A DNA stretch of 64,000 nt from the human T2T-CHM13v2.0 reference genome, Homo sapiens. This document shows positions 42,717-55,345 of this stretch, in pieces; position 1 is the first letter of the stretch, and each line of letters starts with the position of its first letter. The notes under the pieces were generated by a model, which saw nothing but the letters and a program-made list of their open reading frames with translations, made no database searches and was not told where the DNA came from. A program made the translations under genes and the position numbers. The stretch is taken from NCBI RefSeq assembly GCF_009914755.1, contig NC_060926.1, one strand, 5' to 3'.

Positions 42717-44181
42717 CTAGCTGTTTGTCAGAGCTGACCCTTATTTCCCTCCTGCTCTGCATGGCTCTTCACGCTTGAGCACATGCCAAGTGTTTGTGTT
42801 ACAGAGTGAAGAAAGGCATAGGAACTCCACCACTGGTAAGTGTATGCACTATTGAGGTCTGGGAGCTCTGAAACAATGGGCAATTAAAACCATAACATAT
42901 TGAATAGCCTTGTGTTGATAAGTATATGTTGTAATTAATTATAATTTTATAAAAAGCAAGACTCCAAATATGAAGCGGAACTACACATAGCCCCAGATTT
43001 CATTTATTTGATGGTAAAGACAGTCTTGCTTATCAAGGGGGTAAGAAAGTGAAAGTAGGGCACTGATACTGATATGCATTGCCATGTTACTTTGTAGTGG
43101 TTATGGTGAGTGGCCAATAATGCCAGGTTAATAAATCACTGGTAGACACAACTCAACATTCTCTCTCTTTACCCAAATGTGTACCTCAGAGACTTAATAC
43201 CAAATTGCTTCAAAGAAAGAACAATTTGTACCATCCTACTATAATCCAGTGCACTTTGGGAAGCAATTTTTTTTTCCATTTGAATTTGGGAACTATAGTA
43301 ATAACAACTAACACTGAACACTGATATTCCTACGTTGGGAAGGTCAAAAAATGCAAGAAAATAAGGGGAAAGTAAGAAAAAGGAGGGAAAGACAGAAAAA
43401 ATTTTTAAAAACCTGAAATTGGTGAATTTTTTCAACATTCATCTATAATGAGCAGGGGACATTTTCAATAAGGCTTTTGAATGTCAAAAAGTAAAATAAA
43501 ATTCCTGCTGACTTTCAAAAGCCCACTATTTTGGGTCATTCTTTAAAAAAAAAAAAAAAAAAAAAAGAGCCAGCAGATTAAAGGAAGTCCATTTATAAAA
43601 ATCAAATGAACCTCTAACAAAGCTTGTTCAGGACATGAATAAATCATCTGGTCATGAATTATTCATTGTTATCAAGAAACAAGCTGGGGATTCCAGGAAC
43701 TGGGCTGGGGAGGCACTGAAACTGGGGAACGAGCGAGTTTATTGTCTCATACCCACCACAGGAAAAGAGAAGGACAGGCCAAGGGTGCCACCATCTGAGG
43801 CCGACCATGTCAGCCCTCCCTCGTGTTTCAGAGCATACGCTGGCAGCCTTTACACCTCAGAGGACAAAACAAATACAGTTTAACCCACAGAACCTAAATT
43901 TAGAAAACTGCATGTACTCAGGAAGCAGAAAATACGATTTTTTTTGAAGATTGTCTCTTTTTATTTAAGTTCACAATATACACGGGAAATATGAGCTGTG
44001 TGCAAAAGGTAGCAGAGTTGCAACTTTGAATTTCAAGGAGATGGCTAGAAAATTCCTTGATGATAAGTCAGTAGAGTAGTCTGACTTACTCATTTATGGC
44101 TTTGGGGCTTGGGTTTGGATGGTGGGGAGAAAGGGAGCCTCTCAGATTTAATCAACTAATCAATGTATCTGTGTGTTTCAG

Positions 44182-44330
44182 GTCCAAACTGCTTTGCAGG
44201 AACGACGATAATTCCAGCTGGCATTGAAGTGAAAGTGGACGAATGTAACATCTGTCATTGTCACAACGGGGACTGGTGGAAGCCTGCTCAGTGTTCGAAA
44301 CGTGAATGCCAAGGCAAGCAGACTGTGTAG
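44182..44330 (+). CDS. VWC2L: Terminal coding exon of von Willebrand factor C domain-containing protein 2-like (brorin-like), phase-1 start
   Basis: Acceptor tgtatctgtgtgtttcag| ends at 44181, with a branch-point-like ACTAAT at 44155-44160. After 2 nt completing a split codon the frame is open for 48 codons: [48 protein letters not shown], then TAG at 44328-44330. The Cys-rich CxxCxC pattern and the sequence match the VWC2L C-terminus as I recall it. CpGs are locally retained. Confidence 0.96.
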
Positions 44331-47300
44331 GACAAACTTCCACCCAATGATGAGTTCTTAGGAAAGGATGCTATGGCTTCAACACTGCACATGTTTAACA
44401 CAAAACAAAACAAACAAACTCCTGCCAGCTACAACAGGGTCACCAGCAAAACTTTCTAGGGTTGACAAAAGTGAATATTTTCCTAAGAGGAAATTTCTTT
44501 CTCTCTTGCTATATAAAATATATATAGTATATAGCTATCTAAATCGCTTTTGTATTTACCAATGCTTGATGGTGACTTGACGACTGGATTGCTGGAACAA
44601 AAAGAAAGAAATAGCCTTGCACAGGCTCCTTCCCTGGTAATGCCTCTGACCTACCAGCTCACTGTCCCCTGGTTTACTTCATTTTTACTCTTCTGTACAT
44701 TGTACATGGCATTGTTCTCCTGTAATATTTGTTTTTTCACTTTTAGAGTCTAAGGGGCTAAATTTGACTGCACAGTAAAGTTTTGAGTTGTGTAAAAAAA
44801 AAAGTTTGGTAAAGGAATGTCAGGGGAAATATCTTTCCCGAGCTGGGAAACACAAGAGCATCCAGTCAATTGCTCCCCTAGGGTGAATCATGCCCTGTAG
44901 ACTAAGGAAAGAGGGGTGGGCACATAGACGGGCCTATTGCTGGACAGGGTTGGGAACAAGTACTTTGTCCATTACGTGGGGGCTCACAATTTAATTCTTA
45001 CAAACCACACATTTCATATGGAAAACCTCGAAACTGCCAATCAAAATCTATTACGTAAAGAACACCATAAGCTCAACTAAAGAATCCAAAGAGAGACAGA
45101 TCTTTAAAATTGTAGCATTAATCATCAGACTTTTTCATGATGTGAAATTTGAGTTTGGTTTGTAGCTAAACACACTCTAAACTCACTGTCATCAGGCAAT
45201 ATAAATACCAGAACCAGGGTGAGAAAACCCACTGTGAATCCAAATCCTTATGAACATCTCTGGCTTTTGAGTTCAGATTTGGCTAAAAGTCAGTAGTACA
45301 CACTGGCAGTTTTTGTGGTTCGGGACTGTGTTTGCCATGTTGTAGTAACAACCACTCAGCCCTATGTCTGAAACACAGATTCAGGACACCCTTTCCACCT
45401 CAAGTGCTGATTTAAATTAAAGATTAGGGTAGAGTGAGTCTTGCACAATACAATTCCATTTGTTGAACATTTTTTAAAATGTATATATTAGATACTGAAA
45501 AATTAAAGTGAACCTTTGAAGAGTCTCTAGGTTGCCCTGGTAATGCTGCTAGTATAGTAACAGAAAAAACAAAACACACAGGGTATCTGATGCCACCTCG
45601 ATTCAAGTGCAAAATTAACAATTCTGAAACCACATGGCATAGTTAGTCGCTTATTCCATGCTCCTGCCCTAAAAACCCTGGCACAGATCTGATAGGGTCC
45701 TTGAAGAGACTTTACAGTTGTCTTTATTATCAATGTTCTTTCTTTTTCTGCTCCCCCAACCTGGGCTTTGCCATAGCTCCTGTGGAGAGCCATATTCTAG
45801 AGCAAGGTGTCTCAATCTTAGTAGGATTGACATTTGGGGCCAGATCATTATTCGTTGGTGGGGGCTGTCCTGTGTGCTTTTAGGATGTTTAGCACCATCA
45901 CTGGCCTCTATCCACTAGCAACATCCCAGCAACTGGTGACAACCAAATTTCTCCAGACATTGCCTAATGTCCCTAAGGAGTGGGAGTGAGGGGCCTAATT
46001 TCACCTCGTTGAGAACCAGTGGTCTAGAATAATCAGTATAGAGTGGTTTCTGGCAGGGGACACAGTAGGCAAGCTCTAGCAGCACCTGTGGCTTTTGTGA
46101 GCTTCTGATCCCTATGGGACATACACAGTCAGCATTTCCAAGGGGTCAGTCTTCTCCATAGAGAGTGAGGCTTCTAATGCTATAGGCCCACCCTCAGGAA
46201 ACATATTTTTTTGAGTCTTGTCAACTGGTTTTTCATTTAAAATTGTCAGCCTCTCCTCCCTGGAAGCATCTGCTGTCATCAAGAAAGAGTTGTCATTTCC
46301 AAAATTAACGTGCTGACGAGTCAGACCTGACATTCTTATGCACACTGTGCTTGCGTTATGATACAAATAGCCATGCCGGCACCATCCCGAGGAAGAGCAT
46401 CAAGCCACCTTCCCTTAGAACACCAATTTGCAGCAAGGTTGGTGCCTTTCATTTGCCACCATGGATACATCATATAGACAGTCATGAATCATTCATGAGC
46501 AATGCTGCATGATTTATGTCTGCACTCAAAAGTAAAGGAATTCCACACTTTAGCTTATGTCTAGACAGAGATGTATTATAGAGCTTTCTTTGCCCCGAGG
46601 TTGCCTGTTGCCAACTTCAAAAATCCACACTCTTGGAAAGAAATAATAATAATAAATGACAGGAATAAGGTTTGAAACTCAGAAAATATCATTAATAGAG
46701 CCATGCAGCATAGTACCTTATCTATTATTAAGGAGTTACTATGTCCTTTTTTAGAAAACAGAAAGAGAGTACAACTGGGAAGCTGAAGTGCAGAAATTTT
46801 GCATCAAAGCATTGGCACAGCGAGAGTCACAGCAAGAATTTACTAGAATTGAATGGGACATCCATTAAGGATCTCTCTTCAGAGAGTTTGCAGAAAGCAG
46901 GCTGTTCTGTGGCCTCTGATAACCAGCTAGAGAGAGGGATTTTTATGGTTGGTTTTGTTGTTGTTGGATTTTCTTTTTCTCAAAGTTTCACTGCAGGCTG
47001 TTTCCTTTAAGATTTTGTAGCACTGACATTTTTCCCCCTTTAGGGAGAGATGAACCTATACTGTGACAATTTCTCATAAACTGATAAACATTTTACAACT
47101 TCCTTCTACCCAGGTCATTGAGAAATTCTTTCCAGACTCTGAACAACAGAGCTCTGGTCTCATCTGTTGTTTGTTTCTTGTGAAGTCTTTGTTTGCAGCC
47201 ACACTGTCATCTCTGTACTCCTATTTCTCCTCCGCCTTTGGTTCTCGGCTTTAACAACAGCTATGTTAAAATAAGGGATCAACATCTTGTTTGTCAGCTG

Positions 47301-47486
47301 ATGCCTATTAAAAACGATTCAGTTTCTAAAATCTTTGAAAAATGGCGTGCCTGAAAACTAGTGAGAAAAAAAAAAAACCTAAACACTAAACTGTAAAAAG
47401 GGGATTCTAGCAACAATATTTGATGTGTAAAAGAATATATTATTAAAAAATTATTTTGTTAAATATAAAGTGTGTTAACCAGCAAA
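44331..47486 (+). other. VWC2L: VWC2L 3'UTR (long form, about 3.15 kb; end inferred)
   Basis: Follows the stop codon, is largely repeat-free except one MER20, and ends at a poly(A)-signal cluster. Interspersed repeats resume at about 47780. Confidence 0.7.
45803..46021 (+). mobile_element. MER20 (hAT-Charlie) within the VWC2L 3'UTR
   Basis: tctcaatctt...tgacatttggggccagat...ctccagacattgcc...ttgagaaccagtg; flanking hAT-type 8-bp TSD TTCTAGAG/GTCTAGAA. Confidence 0.9.
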
Positions 47487-47505
47487 CATTGTTTGTGGTA
47501 TATTT
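47426..47505 (+). terminator. Probable distal cleavage/polyadenylation site
   Basis: TGTA at 47426, ATTAAA at 47442-47447, variant TATAAA at 47464-47469, CA at 47483-47484, and a downstream GU/U-rich element TTGTTTGTGGTATATTTT from 47489. Confidence 0.6.
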
Positions 47506-47779
47506 TCCTTCCCACATTTCTCCTTTCTCCCTACCCTCATTATTTAATGACTAATTCTCGGTTACTTCTATCATTTGAAAGTACATGTGTCATTAGAGCT
47601 GTATTCAATTAGAATGAAGCATTAGCTTTTGCATTTGCCTGCACACATTTTCATTTTTCATAACGCAAGGCATTGCTGACTTGGGGATCCGAGAGGAGGC
47701 TCAAATAAGCCAGCAGTGACAGGGTAAGTGATAGGAAAAGTCTTTTCCTGACCCCAGATCCATATACTATGCTAACGAT

Positions 47780-47980
47780 AATCTATAATTATTGAGTGCT
47801 GGCTCTGAGCCAGGCCCCGTACTAAGCTCTGTGCCCACAGGATTGTATTCAATCCACACAGCACACCTATGAGAGAGGAACTCTTGTCATTTCTGCTTTG
47901 TTCTTGAGGAAACCGGAATATAAAGAGGCTAAATGCTTTGCCCAAAGTCACAGGCTAGTAAGTAGCAAAGCAGGAATTCT
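47780..47980. mobile_element. MIR
   Basis: attgagtgct...ccaggcc...gaggctaaatgctttgcccaaagtcacaggctagtaagt. Confidence 0.75.
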
Positions 47981-48336
47981 TTATTATAAAAGTTTTCAAA
48001 CATATATAAAGAAAATAGCATCAAGAACCTCCATTTACCCATTGCCCAGATTCAACAGTGATCAAGATTTTGTGAATTTTTTTAACAATCCAACAAATGT
48101 TTATTAAATAACCAATGCTACTACCTACAGTTCATTTAACGCTTACATGCCAGAGACTATGACTTGAAATTTACTTATATCATCACACTTAATTCTCATG
48201 CAACCCCTTTAAAGAGGTAATATTATTCCTAAATTACAAATCAAGAATCTAATAAGCTTGCATATAACAGTGAGATCATGCAGTAGTTTTCATTCTGGTA
48301 TGGCTTATTTCACTTAATATAATGCCCTCCGTATAA

Positions 48337-48711
<375 letters not shown>

Positions 48712-51700
48712 TGATTTTACCCTTACAATTTGCAGTAATCATCTAAGAAAAGTGACATTTTCTTACAAGACCATATTGTTATACAATATTTTATTAAACC
48801 TAACAAAATAAATCCTTAGTATCATTTAATATTTAATCCATATTAAAACTTCTTAGATTTTCTAAAATATGAGAGAGAAGAGATGTTTGCATGATTCAAA
48901 CAGTCCATAACTTTGGATGTGGTTGTTTTGCCTCCTAAGTTCAGCTATGAATTCTGACAGAGTCCTTAGTTTATTGTTCTTCGAGCATTTGTGTTTCTTA
49001 AAGCTCCATGGTAAACTTCTTTCTAGACTGAGCAGGGAAACAGCAGGGCAAGAGGCTTTCTACCAACTGACCTCCAAGGGTCAAAGAGCCCTGGAGCAAG
49101 AATTGTTGCTGATGACCAGAACGCAGAAGACAGTGCCTTTGATGTGTATGTAAGCTCTCCTTAGAGAGTAAAAGTAAACTGTTATTTTTCTTCTTCTTGA
49201 GACAAACACATTGCTTGATGCAGAGCAAAACTGAACAATATTTTATGAATTGCCATCATCTTCTGCATTGTTGGAGGAAGAAAAAAAAGGGCAACCACTG
49301 AGAAAACATCAGCATGGCATTCCCACACACAAGCATACACACCCCAACTCCACTACCATTTTCTTAAAACAAGATTAGACTTTCTTGCATGTCAAAATAG
49401 AGAGAAATTCTCTACTCTGTATGTCCATTTTACACGACTGTACAGTTCAATTCAGATTCAAGTCTTATGGAGAGGACACCTCAAAGTATAGAGGAGAAAG
49501 CTATGAACTGAGACAAAGTCCTGGGTTTCTTGTTATTTTAGGTTTTATGTTGGGAATATTACTCTTTTAAATAGAGGTATTTTTATGAGTTTGAAAAACA
49601 AAATGCTATCTCTGAGCCAGCAATCTCACCTGTACCTTACCAAATTCATAAGGGATTTATACCTTAAATTTGGGTGACACCATTATCAGTGAGCCTCAAA
49701 CTGTACTGTCTAGTACGAACACTTGATTCTCCCTAATCAACCTTGTACACCTAGAAGGCATGTTGTTATTTTGATGAAACAAAACACAGCTAGCGCCATA
49801 GTATCTTTCATGAGAGTTAAATAGATTGAGTTGAATGAATTTCTTTCACTTAATTTTAGAAACTCAAAATTTGCTTTACATTCCAAATATTTTCAGTTGT
49901 GGTAATGATATGATGGCTTTCTTAATTTTTTAGAATCTTGAACTCCTAACTGTTTGAAGCCCAAACTCCAATTTCAGTAATCCCAGTACTCACATTACAA
50001 CCTGGTTTTGAGTAGGGATACTTTCAAAAAACTACATTTCTAGAATAAAGTTTTAGTTTTAAAACCTCCCAAATAATTTTGTGAGTTGGGCAGGATTGGA
50101 GAAGAATTTGGATATAAAGTTCAGAGACCATTTATTGAGCCCCTTCTGAGTGGCAGACACTGTACTGGTTACTTCACACAAGACAGTAATTTGCATTCAT
50201 TAGTCAACCATCCTCATAACCACCATGAAATTATGGACTAGTAATCCCATTTTGAAGACTGCAACACTGAAGTTCAGAGAGGTTTTTTGATTTTCTCAGG
50301 CTTCCATGATTAGAAAGAGGCAGAACCAGCTTTTATATCAGAGGGTTGTTAAATATTAAACAGAATACTACCCATAAAATAGTTTAGAATAGGGCCTAGC
50401 ACAAGAAGCTATCATTATTAAGATTTATAGTATCAGAAAGGAGATCTCATGGATAAGGTGATATTGGATTTGGATCTTGTCAGTTAGATACAATTTGGGC
50501 AGATATTTAAGAGAATGATATTACAGAGCAACAAAAAATGAATAGAGTACAGAGTATTTGGAGTGTGAGAAGCAGTCAGGCGTGCTTATAGTGTAAGGCT
50601 AGAGATGGGGGCATACAGTGGGAGATCGTGTCTGGGAAGAAAACTCAATTGTTAAGACCTGGAAGATTATGCCAAGAAAATCCAACTTGGTTTTTGTTGA
50701 TACTATTGATTAATCGACATCAAATAACAGGGTGACGTGGCTGTATTTGTATTTTAAAAACAAATCTGATATAGCGAAGGATGCTTTGGGGCCCAGGGAG
50801 AGAGAGGTGGAAACACTGAGGGAGGTAATCACAAAAGTCCAGGAAGAAGAATGAGGGTCTGTTCTGGGAGTGGAAAGACTCAAACAGACCAGCTGGAACA
50901 AAAGGACCTTATGGAGGATCAAACGGGAGCTCAAGAATTAAAACAGTCACATTTTCTAGCCCAGGTGATTAAGACATTGACGCTAATAAAACCACCACCA
51001 AAAATATGCAACTTACGCTTTACCTAGGGGTGGCTCATGACATTTTAGGACATTATGCTGAAGATACTGACAATATATCAGATATTCAGAGTCAACTTCA
51101 GATAAAAAGTAGTCTTTGGGGCAGCCCACCCTGTTACTATTTGTCAACACTATTTGTATCTTGGTTTGAATAAAAGTGATTTGAATAGCCAAAGTTTACC
51201 ACTGGTCATATTTTTTTCAAGGTATTTTTGAAATGGAGGTCAAATTTGGAATGGCAAGAATAACCGAATTCTTTCATTGGTATGTGGCAAATATTAATCT
51301 CACATGATAGTGAAACAATTTATCTGCATATTGTGACACAAACTGCTTATAAGTTTCCAGCACCTCTTCCCTCACTTGCCCCTTCGGAATACAAAATGTT
51401 GGTTTCTTTTTCATATTGTTGCTCACCAGAATTCCAGAAATTCAAAAAAATACTTATTTAGCTGTTCACTGTGGCCTTCTGTTTTTCATTTTTTTCCCCA
51501 GAATATATAGAGTTAAATGACAACTTAGGTCCTGGGAAAGGCTTTCAACTTGAGATTTTTAAGGTTGTCCACCCTTCTCCCATTATATATTTCTTTGCCT
51601 TTGTTTTTTTTTTTTTTTGGTTGCATTCCCTTTTTAATTAATCACAACATTGGGTCAGCCAGACCCATTAACTGCATTTCTCATTTAGACCTTCCAGAGA

Positions 51701-54700
51701 TGCAGTTGCAGATGCAATTTAATTTGTTGACCCGTGATCGATAGCAATTAATAGCATCTCTTTAATCTTGTTGAAAGGTCTGTCTCTGGCTTCCAGTAGC
51801 CACCATCTCAAGGGAAAGGTATCCACACAGGCAGGTTATTTAGCTTCCAGTTCCCCTCAACCGCATACTTCTCTGGTGACTTGGTGTTTGTTTCAGAAGT
51901 CACCATATTCAGTATTTTCGATTATTGCACAAAAGTTCATCCAGGTTCTGTTATGAGATAGATCTGCTGCAAGCTCATCATGCATATGTTATAAACCAGG
52001 AACTCTGAGAAAAATACTATAAAGCACGTAATTCAGAAAAAAATAGATTCAAGGTTTTAAAGTATGTTACTAGACACTTAAGTTTCTGAGACTTCTCCAT
52101 GTTGTGTTGTAGCTAACCCAATTCCTACAATCAAATATTTTTTTCTTATCTGTCATATTAATAAAAAGATTTATTCAATAAACAACTTTCTACCTAGGAA
52201 ATTAGACTGTGGTTGAACTGAATAATGCATTTTTTCCCCTGTGCTCAAGAAGCTTACAGTCTGATGGGGCACACAACAAGGCAAGTCCACATTAACAGAG
52301 AGGGAGGCAAATGCTGTGTGTTAGATATGAACAGGCACACTGGGAGCCTGTGAGGCAGCTTTCTGGGAAATGGGATTTTTTATCTGAGTTTTAAAAGAGA
52401 AATAGATCAGGGTAAGAATAAAGAAAGTGGTCAATGCCCTTTGGCAGTTTATAAGATGGAGTTTCTGCTGATACAGCTCAGATCATGTAACTGCTCTATT
52501 TTGCTAATGATAAAATCCATTCAAATCAGTAAACATATGCCTCATAAAAGCGGGGACTTTGAGAAAATTCCAAAAAAAGCAAAGATGGGTCACCTCTATG
52601 TCGTGAAGAAATCATGTATCTTGATGACAACCCTTCTTTTCTGTAGTCAGTTTACTGATTAGTGGAACCCCCTCCCCTCTACCCACTTCAGGTTCTCACT
52701 ACACTGCATTTTGTCAGGAATTGTCCTTGTATCTCTGCAGAAATTTGAGTAATGCCATCCGTCAATAGCAGTTGCTCTGTTGGCCTAATCTATTGAAATC
52801 TTACTTGGTACCAGGCTCAACTGCAGAACTGAAGGCTGGGCCCCTGGTAGAGCATCAGTAAGCAATCAAGAGATGTGTATTTGAGCAAGAATCCCTTTCC
52901 AAATTTATGGAAATAACAATATGAGGATGACCATGTGCTCTGGAAACTCACACAACCAGTCTTGAAACCAGCTGTCAAGAAGTTTTCTGTGTTACAATTT
53001 TACAGATAAAAGGATACTACAAAATATCTTGTGGATAAATTGAGATTATGGGCTATAAAAATATAAGACATAATTTGTAAATTGCAAGTATCAAAATGTC
53101 TAAGGTGTGTGTGTACATTTGTATCTATGTGTAAATAGTATAGGTCTATGTATCTATAGAAATGTAAAAAGTTATGAACATTATGGTGAACTGATGGCTG
53201 TGTCATTAAGATCAAATATTCACTATGTTTCCATCTGTCTAGTAAACTCTTCTCTTTTGTACCTAAAAATTGTAGGCTTGTTTAGCCTACAGTAATTTTA
53301 CCCCATCTTTGCCTTGCTTGAGGCACTTTATTAGTTCTGCTTGTTCGTACATTTAATTTCCCATCCCTAATCATTTGTGGCTCATGTGGTTCATTGATTT
53401 CAGAGGGAGGCTGAACATGAGCGAAGGAAAGCTGCAGAGGGGAATGAAAATCAAACTGCCATGAAACCTAAAATCATTGCAGTGGCAATGAAATAGATGT
53501 ATAAAAAGAAAATATTTCTTATCAAATGTGCAAATATTAACATAAGCATATAGTTGGGATTTTTGCTTTTGTTTGGGATTTTTTGCAATTAGACAGTTAT
53601 TTCTGCATAAGAGGGCTTAGGTTCCACTTGCCTGCTATGTTTACTATCTGATGTGGCCTTGTAGGGTACTACTTCTATAAGATAAAGGGAATAACTTCCT
53701 TGGGTATCCAGATCTGCACACTTAACATGCACTTGGAGGATAATATTATCCAAGCCACTTTATTGTTTATGTAAGGCACACTTGTATCCTGTTGGCTGGG
53801 CTGCTTTCAGTTTCCCCAGAAAACCTAGCAAAGTTCCAGGAGGTTCTCAACCATCAGTTGCCTGTTTCTCAGCCTGAAAAGTATCCTCCTCTCAGGAATG
53901 TTAACTTTAATTGCCTGAGTTTGCCTTAGATATCCAGCTGCACCTTCTGGCTCATGAGTTACTGAGCACTGTGCAAGGAACACTTTGGATATACATAGTA
54001 TAAAAGGCACCACCCATAAGTAAGAGCAGAGTCAGTGTCCTATTTCTCACTCCTGTTCCTCCAGTACAGTGACTTATAGCAGCAGCCAGGCCACTGGCTA
54101 CCAAGACTCCAGAGTCAGCAGCCTGTAATAGCTTCGGTAGACCGTTACAACTGGGTCTTTATTTTTTAAAAAACCTCCTTGGCATCAACTGTCCTCCAAT
54201 GAGCAGGGAGGTCAGGCTCACAGCAGCAAAGCTATGAAATGAAGCATCTGAAAAAGCATAAAGTAACTTAAAAAAATGGGGGAGGTGCACAGAATTGTGA
54301 TATTTCACACCACCAATGTAGCATGCAATGATACATTTCCTTTCTTTGCACTTGCAGAAGTAAAACCAGAACATATATCTGTAATCACATATTCCATCCC
54401 ATTGATTTTCACTTGCAGAAAATGGAAGGCTAGTCATCAAACTCATATGCCTATTGAAATGATGTCAACTCAGAAAAATACTCTTTGTTTACCGTATAAT
54501 CTATATTTCAGTACATAAAAATCCACAGCATGTAGGCTGGGTATGCAGCACTATACTATTTTCTTTAGTTATCTTCTGGAGAAATAAAAGAGTATATTGA
54601 AAATGTATTATGTTTACATTGAAATACAACTAGAAATATTTTTTCTAACCCTCTTAGGTTCACAATGAAATAGATTTTTTAAATTGGTTAATTTGAACAA

Positions 54701-54894
54701 TTGCATACTTAGCATCACCAGAACTGAGGTTGAACTGAATAATCTGGCCCAAAGTAATTTAAGACCTGATTTATGTGTAAACTGGATCATCGTAAAGGTC
54801 CACTTCTTCATGGCTCTGTAGATATCATCAGAATCATGTGTGCAAGGCCAAATGCTTTCCTTCTTTATATAAAGGATTTATTCTAAGTGAACAT

Positions 54895-55345
54895 CTTTTC
54901 ATTTTATTGTGGCAAGAACACTTCATATGAGTTCTACCCTCTTAAACAATTATGTGTATAATACAGTATTGTTGATTATAGGTACAATGATGTACAACAA
55001 ATCCAAGAACTTATTCATCTTGCTTAACTGAAACTTTATGTCTGTTAATTAGCAACTCCTCATTTCTCCCTCTCCACACCACCCAACCCTGGAAACCATT
55101 CTGCTCTTTGACTCTATGAATTTGACTATTTTAGACACCTTACAGTATTTGAATATTACAGTATTTGTCTTTGTGTGACTGGCTAATTTCACATAGCATA
55201 ATGTCCTCAACTTTCATTCATGTTCTCTCATGTTGTAGAATTTCCTTCTTTCTTAATGGCCAAATAATATTTGGTCAATGGACATTTAGGTTGCTTCTAA
55301 CTTTTAGATATTCTGAATGGGGTTGTAATGAACATGGGAATACAT
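54895..55345 (-). mobile_element. L1MA-type 3' end
   Basis: aagaacacttcatatgagttctaccctctta...gaacttattcatcttgcttaactgaaac...catagcataatgtcctca. Confidence 0.8.

Noticed and set aside
44152-44343. 63-aa minus-strand ORF over the exon
   Set aside because: Antisense shadow of the real VWC2L exon.
44508-44535. GCTATATA...TATATAGC hairpin in the 3'UTR
   Set aside because: Low-complexity TA sequence makes such stems expected by chance.
44794-44803. A-run as a transcript 3' end
   Set aside because: Genomic A10 without a canonical upstream hexamer; it would produce oligo-dT internal priming artefacts.
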